Numbered from the stretch's first letter, positions 47,301-55,372 are shown. The stretch: 64,000 bases of DNA from Chlamydiia bacterium (GCA_021324995.1 JAJPIB010000032.1:3671-67670); one strand, 5' to 3'. Notes: generated from the letters alone by a model not told the origin. Translations and numbers: made by a program.

Positions 47301-48190
47301 GGGGTGGACAGGTAAAATACCTTAACAAAACGATCTTGCAATCCGGCAACTTCCCCTTAAGCAACAGCCAGGGCAGCTCAACTCCTACCGCTGCAACGCA
47401 GTTCCCCACCAACCTTCAAGGAATCAATGCGACGACAACGCCTACAAACACCAGCATTCCCTTTTCCACAGGCTTTGACTTGGGAGTCATCGGCGACATC
47501 ATCATGCACAAGGGCAAGTCCTTCATCTCTTTGGGCTCATTGCTCAACGCCATTCAGCTCGACACCGATTCCACAGTCATCCTAAATCCCAAGATCATCA
47601 CTCAGGACAACCGCCAGTCAACGATCTTCGTCGGACAAAACGTCCCCTACACAGGCGCGCTGATTACCAGCACTACATCCAGCCAGACGCAAACAGCGAA
47701 CATCGAATACCGCGATGTCGGCGTCAGCCTGACGATCACACCCATTCTAGGCGATGGGGATGTCATTACCATGGACATCGTCCATGATATCTCTCAATTG
47801 CTCAATGGTCAAAACGTCACGACTTCTAGTCAGCAAGTCAACGGTATTCAAACTAGCCACGCGCACATGGAGACGCGCGTCCACGTGCCAAACAACCATT
47901 TCGTCGCATTAAGCGGAATGATCAACGACCAAAAGACGCATTACCGCACTGCAATTCCCTGCCTCGGAGGGCTACCCGTCATTGGCGCGCTATTCAGCGA
48001 GAATGACAGACAGGCGCAAAAAGGCAACATCATTATCTTTGTCCGTCCGCAAATCGTAAATACTTACGCGGAATACAAAGCCATTACCGAACACCAGGAA
48101 TGGCTATACAAGGATAACGCGAGACTGCCCGTTCTTAAAGAAGAATTTGATGAGGGAATTGATATGGTAAAACTTCCGGAAAATGAATAA
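44333..48190 (+). CDS. sctC: T3SS outer-membrane secretin SctC (CdsC), giant form with 8 tandem periplasmic modules
   Basis: N0 (NFNNLSIIEFIRFASKITGLNFVFQE), two N-type domains, eight ~84-aa repeats, then a secretin domain (ANIEYRDVGVSLTITP, IPCLGGLPVIGALF, IIIFVRPQIV). The position after pkn5 matches CT674. Confidence 0.9.
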   Translation: MQQFRKRYWYKVALCASYIPLIYSPIAYTANVEGKFIEAAIPSSIDVDKDTYTANFNNLSIIEFIRFASKITGLNFVFQEADLQFTVTIFSEEPVTAKNMMTVLSQVLRTHNLILLEQDGNVLITTSTNVNQIPTIVSADLPESRAGNAALITRIFRIKNANVNSIANIIRPMTSQGALIEVSVETRQLIVTDITTNVEQIAILLGSLDAPHTPLDVDTYIVRNISPQDLIQLTQQILNPFAEGNPLIFVPQAETNSIYIVSTPYLIDRAMTVMEDLDIPTKPVQIGKPALTGKDIFIYKPIYLSASDLLEELAQIASQLKKTGGARSDLEMAIDDATEVKDTGSVMFVADTQTTVKIKDILAAIDNNPYITHGGERSKSTFLAYQPVYRSGEELVTELNDLEKSLKQSGLANPLLLATLDSMKWVATAETLIFTGDPQSIERIQGILKSMDAPTPYVKSSQIFIYKPLYNAHDQILIALNALIPALQKTNTMADDNLIAAIKEMQWNSETQSFLIISDPASIERLKELFASIDAPIQGMGPGPKEFYVYKLEHAQCEALLTELKSVAKKMPVNSLQGQNLIAAIERIECIQSNNSLLITGTTEIIDQIKTLITEFDSSSATGISAGAHSFLIYKPKYLPASQIQTALTDLSSDLAASGLNDPQLFRTIDTMRYVEQTNSLIFTGTQEGLDKTQNLINTIDTSAALGSIQNIGNITFFLYKVQSASPDKLVHSLKNFAADLKQSNIEDKHLAEAINTVKWIKETNSLMFTGTPDALEKIEQLVKKFDLPSLGGPTQIERAAPVFTIYNPKYVDGDELISILCDFMENLMSSGVSDPGLFDTINNLKWIAKTSSLLVSGDQASVDKVQQLLVKFDIPNKDIATPSIESIDNTSFLVYKLQFHPGNDIQRALQQVATSLSKGGNSPVALVDAIHSLQWIQVTNSLLCSGQQDVLVKLKELIQNLDVPLRQVFIEVLVIQTTLTNQQNFGLMWGGQVKYLNKTILQSGNFPLSNSQGSSTPTAATQFPTNLQGINATTTPTNTSIPFSTGFDLGVIGDIIMHKGKSFISLGSLLNAIQLDTDSTVILNPKIITQDNRQSTIFVGQNVPYTGALITSTTSSQTQTANIEYRDVGVSLTITPILGDGDVITMDIVHDISQLLNGQNVTTSSQQVNGIQTSHAHMETRVHVPNNHFVALSGMINDQKTHYRTAIPCLGGLPVIGALFSENDRQAQKGNIIIFVRPQIVNTYAEYKAITEHQEWLYKDNARLPVLKEEFDEGIDMVKLPENE

Positions 48191-48225
48191 TTCGAGTAGC
48201 CTTTCGATTAAAAGAGTTATAGGGT

Positions 48226-48870
48226 ATGCACTCTTCTATCAAAGTTGTGCTTTTTGATCACGATGACACTCTCGTGCGTACAATTAAGGTTAAGTGGGCA
48301 CAACACAAGTACATTGCACAAACATTCTATGGTAAAAAACTCAGCAACAAAGAATTGCGCCAGCATTGGGGAAAGCCGCTTACTCTCTTAATGAAACTCT
48401 TGTATGAAACGGATAATCTCGACATGGCGATGTCCTATAACATTGCTACTAGAAATAAATTTCCTAAATATCTCTTCAAAAACACAATAAAAACTTTAAG
48501 CACTCTTCGCAGATCAGGAAAAAAAGTAGGAATTGTTTCTTCAACGGCCCGATGGAGTTTGCAGTACGATTTTCTTACTTTAAACATCCCGGGCCAATTA
48601 TTTGACTACATTCAAACTGAAGAAGACACCCCATTTCATAAACCGAATCCTCACGTGTTTGCTCCTTTTTTAGAATGGCTAGAAAAAGAAAATATTCAAC
48701 GAAATGAAGTTTTATACGTGGGAGACCACCTCAATGATATGGTTGCAGCACAAGAGGCTGGTTTTGATTTTGTTGGAGTAGGGACGGGCTTGATCTCCGT
48801 CAAAGAATTTCAAGAGCATCATGCAGACGCTATTCCTGAACTCGCTCACATCCTTAAAAGAATCAGATAG
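48226..48870 (+). CDS. HAD-superfamily hydrolase (subfamily IA-like), paralog 1
   Basis: Motif I VLFDHDDTLV, motif II VSST, motif IV VGDHLNDMVAAQEAG. Confidence 0.8.
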   Translation: MHSSIKVVLFDHDDTLVRTIKVKWAQHKYIAQTFYGKKLSNKELRQHWGKPLTLLMKLLYETDNLDMAMSYNIATRNKFPKYLFKNTIKTLSTLRRSGKKVGIVSSTARWSLQYDFLTLNIPGQLFDYIQTEEDTPFHKPNPHVFAPFLEWLEKENIQRNEVLYVGDHLNDMVAAQEAGFDFVGVGTGLISVKEFQEHHADAIPELAHILKRIR

Positions 48871-48947
48871 CTGAATTTTCTTAGAAGTTCCCGAAAATCA
48901 TCCATCTATAGTAAACTTTTTGCCTTAGTCAATTTACTAGGGTTTAT

Positions 48948-49661
48948 ATGTATCACCCCATGCAACCCATTAGCCCATCGATCAAGTTAGTCTTATTCGA
49001 TCACAACGATACTTTAGTTGGTTCCATCAAGTCAAAATGGGCACAGCATAAATTCATCGCCAAAACGTTTTACGACAAAAAACTAACCGATGCAGAGATA
49101 CGGCTTCACTGGGGAAAACCATTTACCGTCTTGTTGAAACATTTATATGGAACCGACCACATCGATATGGCGATGTGCTACAATATCGCTACGCGGAGTA
49201 AATTTCCCAAAATCCTCTTTAGGGATACCATCAAAACGCTTAGAGCACTCCGTAAATCAGGTAAAAAGGTGGGACTTGTCACAGCTACAACGCGATCTAG
49301 CTTGAATCATGATTTTCAAACCCTTAAAATTTCTGAACAACTCTTTGATTTTATCCAGACTGAAGACGATACCATCTATCACAAGCCAGACCCGCGCGTA
49401 CTCGAACCTGTTTTAAAATGGATCGCAGAGCAACAAATCCAACCGGAGGAAGTCTTATGCGTCGGAGATCAACTGATCGATATGACCATCGCACAGGAAG
49501 TGGGTTTTGGATTTGTCGGCGTCAGCACAGGCCTTGTCTCGGTTGAAGAATTCGAGCAACATCAAGTCAAAGGAGTTTCTCGTGTGGGTCATTTAATTAT
49601 ACCGAAAATGATCCAAAAATCGATTTTAGGTGCGCCTGCATCCCAGACTTTCGATCTGTAA
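48948..49661 (+). CDS. HAD-superfamily hydrolase, paralog 2, with its C-terminus replaced by a MITE insertion
   Basis: Same motifs (VLFDHNDTLV, VTAT, VGDQLIDMTIAQEVG). The last 20 codons ([20 protein letters not shown]) are encoded by the subfamily B element. Confidence 0.75.
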   Translation: MYHPMQPISPSIKLVLFDHNDTLVGSIKSKWAQHKFIAKTFYDKKLTDAEIRLHWGKPFTVLLKHLYGTDHIDMAMCYNIATRSKFPKILFRDTIKTLRALRKSGKKVGLVTATTRSSLNHDFQTLKISEQLFDFIQTEDDTIYHKPDPRVLEPVLKWIAEQQIQPEEVLCVGDQLIDMTIAQEVGFGFVGVSTGLVSVEEFEQHQVKGVSRVGHLIIPKMIQKSILGAPASQTFDL

Positions 49662-49768
49662 AAACTCCCACTCCCTCTTTCTAAGAAAGACAATTTTTGC
49701 GGCTGCTGCACCTAGTCGAAATTCTGAATGCATGTTTTCCTAAAAACTGATTTTTGAATCAGTTTGTA
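49600..49768. mobile_element. MITE-like palindromic element, subfamily B, second copy
   Basis: taccgaaaatgatccaaaaatcgattttaggtgcgcctgcatcccagactttcgatctgtaaaaa... closely matches 12752-12919. TA lies at 49598-49599 and 49769-49770. The right arm is more degenerate. Confidence 0.8.
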
Positions 49769-49795
49769 TAATGAATTTTGCACCATGGAAAATCA

Positions 49796-50767
49796 TTAAG
49801 CGATGCTTGCATTGTGGAAGCATGCCTTTTCTTTTTTTACAACTGCACAGGTGATCACATCTGCAATGTTTTTCCAGTAATCAGATAGCTCTAGAAACTT
49901 ATCACTTCCAGCATCAAGATGGCAGCGTGCAATTTTCTCAAAGCCTCTTAATAGTTCAATCTCTCGAAGCGACTTGTAAGGCATGCAACCCATCGGCTCA
50001 GGACGCGGCTTCATTGCCAACTCCTCTAGAGTACGATGCAACCTCTTCTCTTCATCCAAATAATAGTGCAAAGAAGTGACTGTGTGAACATAACGACCGA
50101 CAGGAATTTCTAATTCAGATGCGATAAGCTCCTGCAACATCGTGAACTCAAAAATATTGATAGGAAGTAGAGTCACCGCATTTTCACTTCTCCAAAGAGA
50201 TTGACATTCCAAAGCACCGTTGCGAATGAGGAAATGAAGCGAATCAATACACGGAGAGTATTTAATATCTGAGTCGCCCACAGCATGAATATGGATCACC
50301 GCTCTTCGAGAATTTGGATCTTGTTGGAGCTGCCTAATGACTTCTTGAATTTGATCAACGTTTCCGAGATGCCTCACCCGGTAACCATAATTGGAAGACA
50401 CTGTCCTTCCATCATCGCTGAATTCAAATGCCCGTGAATTATAAAAGCCTATCGCCTGAAGGTCAATTTCATCGGAAAGCGTACAAAGCAACGTTCTTGG
50501 GATAATATCTTCAATAAGAAAATATGAGGCATTTATTAATCTATCCCGTGGGTTTTCTAAAACAAACGTCACATAGCGCAACTCTTTTGTCGGTCTGTCG
50601 ACCATTCCCCAAAAGGATCCCACAGATTTAGAGTTCCTTACAGATGAAACCACTTCACTTTCAGAAAATGCTTGCAGAACCTGAAAAAAAAGATCGTGAG
50701 CCGAGTCGCAGACAAGATGCAACGGTGCTTTATTAGTAAGCGTATTTTCCTGCTTATATTTCATCAA
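49796..50767 (-). CDS. Divergent thymidylate synthase (ThyA)-fold protein
   Basis: YGYRVRHL...DQIQEVIRQLQQDPNSRRAVIHI...SPCIDSLHFLIRNGALECQSLWRSENAV..LPINIFEFTMLQELIA...VHTVTSLHYY aligns with ThyA YGxQWR...DQ...L..DP.SRR...S.WN...PCH...QFYV..G.LSCQLYQRS.D..LG.PFNIASY...H..GD.H.Y. Confidence 0.7.
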   Translation of the reverse strand: MMKYKQENTLTNKAPLHLVCDSAHDLFFQVLQAFSESEVVSSVRNSKSVGSFWGMVDRPTKELRYVTFVLENPRDRLINASYFLIEDIIPRTLLCTLSDEIDLQAIGFYNSRAFEFSDDGRTVSSNYGYRVRHLGNVDQIQEVIRQLQQDPNSRRAVIHIHAVGDSDIKYSPCIDSLHFLIRNGALECQSLWRSENAVTLLPINIFEFTMLQELIASELEIPVGRYVHTVTSLHYYLDEEKRLHRTLEELAMKPRPEPMGCMPYKSLREIELLRGFEKIARCHLDAGSDKFLELSDYWKNIADVITCAVVKKEKACFHNASIA

Positions 50768-50881
50768 TAGTCACAAGAGATCAACAAATAATCCAAGAAT
50801 CGATTTTGGTATACATACTAGACACTTACATCGATTAAGTCGATTGGGAAAAATTAAAAAAAAAATAAAGGAAAACTTACA

Positions 50882-50897
50882 GCGGCCGGTTGGCCGC
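50882..50897 (-). terminator. Possible terminator hairpin downstream of the UPF0391 gene
   Basis: gcggcc-ggtt-ggccgc stem-loop. On the minus strand it is followed, after ~9 nt, by a T-rich run (ttttcctttattttttttt). The geometry is weak. Confidence 0.35.
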
Positions 50898-50927
50898 CGC
50901 GGACTTTGAAGAACGCAGAAATTTGAC

Positions 50928-51116
50928 TTAGGTCGCAGGTACCGTCACAGGTGTAGGAACGACCACAAGACCAAAAATCAACATAATCAGAAAGAGAACG
51001 ATGAAGATGAAGAATAGGATCTTAGCAATCTGAAGTGAAACCCCCTCCACACCGCGAAAGCCGAAAAAACCCGCAATTAGCGCAATAATTAAGAAAATAA
51101 GAGCCCACGTAAGCAT
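50928..51116 (-). CDS. UPF0391/DUF1328 small membrane protein (YtjA-like)
   Basis: MLTWALIFLIIALIAGFFGFRGVEGVSLQIAKILFFIFIVLF fits the family pattern ML.WA..FL.IALIAG.LGF.G.AG....IAKILFFIF.VLF. Confidence 0.8.
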   Translation of the reverse strand: MLTWALIFLIIALIAGFFGFRGVEGVSLQIAKILFFIFIVLFLIMLIFGLVVVPTPVTVPAT

Positions 51117-51233
51117 TTTTTACCCCTGTTAATTGAATTAAGGGCGTTCAACAAAAACGAACATGCCCATATAAATTAGCAATTAACACAGTCAAAACAA
51201 TAAAACAAATAATATTTTTAAAACAAGGAGAAT

Positions 51234-51397
51234 TATACTCAACGCGATTGAAAATTTGGATTTAAGACTGAGCCAAAGCCCTGGGATTGGACGATCGAAT
51301 CTAGCCCCTATTTCTAAGAGTGACGACGATTCGATCGCGCCAATCGCGGGAGCTTTCGCTTCGGCCCTAAACCAAATTTTCAGTCGCGTTGGGTATA
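51234..51397. mobile_element. MITE-like palindromic element, subfamily A, second copy (with flanking TA)
   Basis: Near-identical arms to 11848-12009 (attgaaaatttggatttaagac[c/t]gagccaaagcc...; ...gggagctttcgcttcgg[t/c]cctaa). TA lies at 51234-51235 and 51396-51397. It supplies the last 5 codons and the stop of the MFS ORF. Confidence 0.8.
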
Positions 51398-52714
51398 GGA
51401 TGACTTTCTTGCGGATAAACGCTGAACCACTACCCATAGGATGATGATTAAAATCCCTGAGCAAGAATAAACGATGGGCAATGCTGAGGAGTCCTGAGCG
51501 GGGAAAAGCCCCAAAACGGTAATGGTCAGAAACATCCAGAAATATTGAATAATATATAACGAAGAGGACGCATAGACTTTATCTTCTGACGCTGCAACAG
51601 AAGCAGCTTGACTCTGCGATATAATGAAAGGTGTGACGAAAAAAATAAGTATCGGCGCGCCAAATAAGGTAAGGACATTCACGAAACCCACGTCGAAAAA
51701 CAGCCACATGATAGCTGAAAATAGAAAAAAGCCACACCCTCCCGCAAGAATCAAAGCTTTTGATGAGAATCGATGATTTAAATGCGCAGAGACGATTCCT
51801 CCTAAAAAAAGACCGATGTTGGGAATTAAATTGTAAAGACCAAAGTGATGTGCGGGGATATGGAGTTTGTTTGTTGCAATGAAGGGAGCTTCTGCTGAAA
51901 AAACGTAGAGAAGGATAGCGGCACAAGCTGCGATGATGGCATACAGTCCAGAAATAGGTTTGAGGAATTGTTTAAAATAAGATTTTATAATTATGATCGG
52001 ATGTAAATGATGGGAACCTTTTTCTTTGATCGTTTCAGATAACAGAAGGCTCATGCCACTCACAAAAAGAGCATACATTAGCATAAAATAGAAACAACCC
52101 TGCCAAGATACATATTCTGTGATAAATCCGCCAAGACAGATACTAATCGCGGGAAGAATCGCAAAACTGCTAAGCAGGTAGGAGAGAATTTTTTTCTGTT
52201 CGTGAAGAGAATAGGAATCAGCGAGTAGAGTATTAGTTACAAAAACACCGCAAGAAGCCCCAAATGCAGTAAGCCCTCTACCAAGCAACATGAGAAAAAA
52301 TGAATGAATATGGATAGAAAAAAGACATAATAAAGAACCTAACAACGCTAACGCACACCCAGCGTAAAGAGCGGGTTTTCTTCCTAATGCCTTTGCAATA
52401 GGCGTATAGGCTATCTGAGCTAGCAGACATCCGATAAGATAGAAGGAAATCGTTTTTTGAGCATCTGCTTTTGTAACATGGAAATAATCCGCTAGACTAG
52501 GAAGTGCAGGAGTATACAAAATGCCGAGAACATTCCCAAAAGATCTTAAAAAAATTAAGATCAGGATCGAAGGTTTTTTTTTTGAACGTATTCCATAAAC
52601 CCTTTCTAATCGAAAGCCATCGATTTTGTAAATAGTGCATTTTAATCTATACCGGTTCCGTTTCAATTGGCTATAGAATTTCGATTTTAACACAACCATT
52701 TTTTGATCCATCAA
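51380..52714 (-). CDS. MFS transporter (Bcr/CflA-like drug-resistance type); 5' end uncertain
   Basis: About 12 hydrophobic segments and an N-terminal LYTPALPSLADYF motif typical of Bcr-type MFS proteins. The first ~22 codons of the track ORF lie inside a MITE (see findings). Confidence 0.8.
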   Translation of the reverse strand: MMDQKMVVLKSKFYSQLKRNRYRLKCTIYKIDGFRLERVYGIRSKKKPSILILIFLRSFGNVLGILYTPALPSLADYFHVTKADAQKTISFYLIGCLLAQIAYTPIAKALGRKPALYAGCALALLGSLLCLFSIHIHSFFLMLLGRGLTAFGASCGVFVTNTLLADSYSLHEQKKILSYLLSSFAILPAISICLGGFITEYVSWQGCFYFMLMYALFVSGMSLLLSETIKEKGSHHLHPIIIIKSYFKQFLKPISGLYAIIAACAAILLYVFSAEAPFIATNKLHIPAHHFGLYNLIPNIGLFLGGIVSAHLNHRFSSKALILAGGCGFFLFSAIMWLFFDVGFVNVLTLFGAPILIFFVTPFIISQSQAASVAASEDKVYASSSLYIIQYFWMFLTITVLGLFPAQDSSALPIVYSCSGILIIILWVVVQRLSARKSSYTQRD

Positions 52715-52813
52715 ACAGGGGCATTATTCAAGCAATAAGGCCCTGTTTGATGGATCGGAAAAGGGGGTTGTTAAAAATCGAAATTCTATAGCCCATTGAA
52801 ACGGAATCGGTAT
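52648..52813. mobile_element. MITE-like palindromic element, subfamily D
   Basis: Arms of ~75-80 bp: taccggttccgtttcaattggctatagaatttcgattttaacacaacc... versus the reverse complement of ...ggttgttaaaaatcgaaattctatagcccattgaaacggaatcggta. TA lies on the left flank. Confidence 0.75.
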
Positions 52814-52814
52814 T

Positions 52815-52862
52815 TACTGGTTCCACTTGAAAGTTGCCAAATTCCCCAACTCTCAAGCGTCA
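52815..52862. repeat. Fragment of MITE subfamily C abutting subfamily D
   Basis: tactggttccacttgaaagttgccaaattccccaactctcaagcg resembles the termini of the element at 56116-56273 (tactgcttccacttgaaagttgg / ttgaaagttggggaatttgcc). Confidence 0.4.
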
Positions 52863-52924
52863 GCAGAATCGACAACGTTTCTACAGACATGCGCTAACGA
52901 GCTAATGCCTACTCCAATAATTCT

Positions 52925-54202
52925 TTAAGCTCTGATTTGGTAATTGCCCTGAATGATCCATTTGTAAGAGGTTAACGCGTTTAGTCCCATTGGACCTCTT
53001 GCATGTAATTTTTGCGTGCTAATGGCAACTTCAGCGCCTAATCCAAATTGCGCTCCATCGGTAAAGCGTGTGGAAGCATTGACATAAACGGCTGCTGAGT
53101 CAACCTCTTTAATGAAACACTCCGCATGTTGATGATTTTCTGTTAATATGCCATCGCTGTGACCTGTACTATGAACTTGAATATGCCTAATCGCCTCCTC
53201 CACGTTTTCTACAACCTTGATTCCAAGGATAAGACTTAACCATTCCGTGTCCCAATCATTCGCTTCTGCAAGCTTACACGAGGCATCCTGCATGAGATTC
53301 CATGCCTTACTGTCTAGACGAAATGTAACACCTTTGTTGCTTAACTTTTTTACAATCACAGGAATAAAAAAAGGAGCAATAGCGGCATGAATCAGCACCG
53401 TATCTAAAGCATTGCACACTGTTGGCCTTTGTGTTTTCGCATTCAAAATAACCCCGAGAGAACGTTCTAAATCGGCTGACTCATCTACAAACAAATGACA
53501 AATACCGATTCCTCCCGTCACCACGGGAATGGTGCTATACTCACGGCAAAATTGTTGCAATGCTGAGCTGCCGCGAGGAATGATCAAATTGACATATTCA
53601 TGCAACTGAAGCAGTTCCTTAACCCAGGCCCGATCCGAATTAGCAATTAATTGCATTGCCTTTGCAGGAAGACCGACCATTTCTAAAGACTGTTGAATGA
53701 TCTCAACCAATATTTGATTTGTATGAAGAGCTTCCGACCCGCCGCGTAGTATTGCGCAATTACCCGATTTGATGGTCAAAGCCCCAATATCAAGAGTTAC
53801 GTTTGGCCTTGATTCATAGATTACTCCCAATACACCGATAGGGATCCGACATTTCGCTAGTTTAAGTTGATTGGGAAGGCTTTTTTCATCAAACAACTCT
53901 CCAACTGGATCAGGAAGAGCAATTATTTGAGATATGTCATTGATAATCCCTTCTAATCGATTTTTTAAAGAGAGTCTCTCCAATAAAGAAGTGCTTAGGC
54001 CGTTTGCCTCTGCAAAGGTTGTATCGTGTTGATTCGCCTGCATAATGGCCTCTTCTTGTTTTTTCAGATTCCCAATCAGAGCTTCCAAAGCTCCATTTCT
54101 TTGACCTAGAGAAGCCTTAGACATGTCAAAGGCAGTTGTTTTGGCAGTAATTGCCATTTTTTTTACATGGGTATGATCATTCATTTTAATTTTCCTCTTC
54201 AT
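52925..54202 (-). CDS. proA: Gamma-glutamyl phosphate reductase
   Basis: 425 aa aldehyde-dehydrogenase-fold protein with the ProA-type C-terminus ...VNASTRFTDGAQFGLGAEVAISTQKLHARGPMGL. Confidence 0.95.
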   Translation of the reverse strand: MKRKIKMNDHTHVKKMAITAKTTAFDMSKASLGQRNGALEALIGNLKKQEEAIMQANQHDTTFAEANGLSTSLLERLSLKNRLEGIINDISQIIALPDPVGELFDEKSLPNQLKLAKCRIPIGVLGVIYESRPNVTLDIGALTIKSGNCAILRGGSEALHTNQILVEIIQQSLEMVGLPAKAMQLIANSDRAWVKELLQLHEYVNLIIPRGSSALQQFCREYSTIPVVTGGIGICHLFVDESADLERSLGVILNAKTQRPTVCNALDTVLIHAAIAPFFIPVIVKKLSNKGVTFRLDSKAWNLMQDASCKLAEANDWDTEWLSLILGIKVVENVEEAIRHIQVHSTGHSDGILTENHQHAECFIKEVDSAAVYVNASTRFTDGAQFGLGAEVAISTQKLHARGPMGLNALTSYKWIIQGNYQIRA

Positions 54203-54966
54203 TCTTGAAATAGTGTTCCAATCTGTTTGCCTTCCACCAGGTCGATCAAAACATTAGGACGGGTAGAACATGCAATAATCGTTCTAATACCTGACTTCGA
54301 AGCTATTTGAGCCGCTTCAATTTTTGTTGCCATCCCTCCTGTTCCAAGAGATGTAGAAGAGCCTCCTGCAAGGGCATAAATTTTTTCATCGATTTGATGA
54401 ACGATAGGAATGAGTTTTGCATCTGAGTCAAGACGAGGATCAGAAGTATAAAGACCTTCTTGATCAGTCAATAGGATGACAGTGTCAGCACTGATTAAAT
54501 TTGCCACCAATGCTGCTAAGTTATCGTTATTTCCGACACCTATTTCTTTTGTTGAAACCGTGTCATTTTCATTAATAATTGGAATAATATTGTGCTGTAA
54601 TAAACAACCTAAAGTGTCCCTCGTGACATGACGCTTGAAATGGAAAAAATCTTCCCTTGTTAAAAGCACTTGTCCTACTTGAAGATCGAATAAGGAAAAC
54701 AATTCAGACCAAACTTGCATCAATTTCACTTGTCCAATAGAAGCAAATGTCTGTTTGGAAGGAAATGGATCGACTTTGTCAAAGCTTAGGATACCTCGTC
54801 CTGTTGCGACGGCACCCGAGCTGACCAATAATAGCTCTAGGCCCTGGCCATGTAAGTGAGCTATTTGCTGTGCCAATCCCAACATGCATCGTCGAGATAG
54901 CTTTTGAGTCCCTTGTGTCAGGGTGCTTGTCCCCACTTTAATAACAATTCTACGCATCGTTTTCAT
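54199..54966 (-). CDS. proB: Glutamate 5-kinase (short form without PUA domain)
   Basis: IVIKVGTSTLT, VSSGAVA and NDNLAALVA motifs. It overlaps the proA start by 4 nt. Confidence 0.9.
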   Translation of the reverse strand: MKTMRRIVIKVGTSTLTQGTQKLSRRCMLGLAQQIAHLHGQGLELLLVSSGAVATGRGILSFDKVDPFPSKQTFASIGQVKLMQVWSELFSLFDLQVGQVLLTREDFFHFKRHVTRDTLGCLLQHNIIPIINENDTVSTKEIGVGNNDNLAALVANLISADTVILLTDQEGLYTSDPRLDSDAKLIPIVHQIDEKIYALAGGSSTSLGTGGMATKIEAAQIASKSGIRTIIACSTRPNVLIDLVEGKQIGTLFQE

Positions 54967-55372
54967 GAGAAAACCATTTTTTTAAATACAAAATAAATTG
55001 AAAAGTATTAACTCCAGACGCAATTAACCGACTGGAATTAACGACAAGTATCCTAGTTCTAAATAGAACTAAAAAAATGTATTATTGAATAAAAAATTAA
55101 CCCAAGAAGGGAGGGGGCGGGGGCAAGTTGACAAACTGACGTTTAGATGTTGTAAAAATTAACTCTTCCATATTTATCACCACAAAGGCGAAATAAAAAA
55201 TTTAGATCTGCTGTTCTTACCCAAGTGAGCATACAAAACGAGAAACTTTAAATCAATTCTCAAAAAACCAATAAGATCGGTTAATTAGCTAAAGGGTGCG
55301 TTTTGAGCTGAATGACAACAAGCTCGATAGGTTTGCGCGGATTATTAACGCTTTTATTTATTGGCCTTCCCC

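Noticed and set aside
51192-51464. ORFs of 90 aa and 62 aa lying over 51192-51464
   Set aside because: Both lie within or across the subfamily A MITE and the end of the MFS gene. Palindromic elements generate open frames on both strands.
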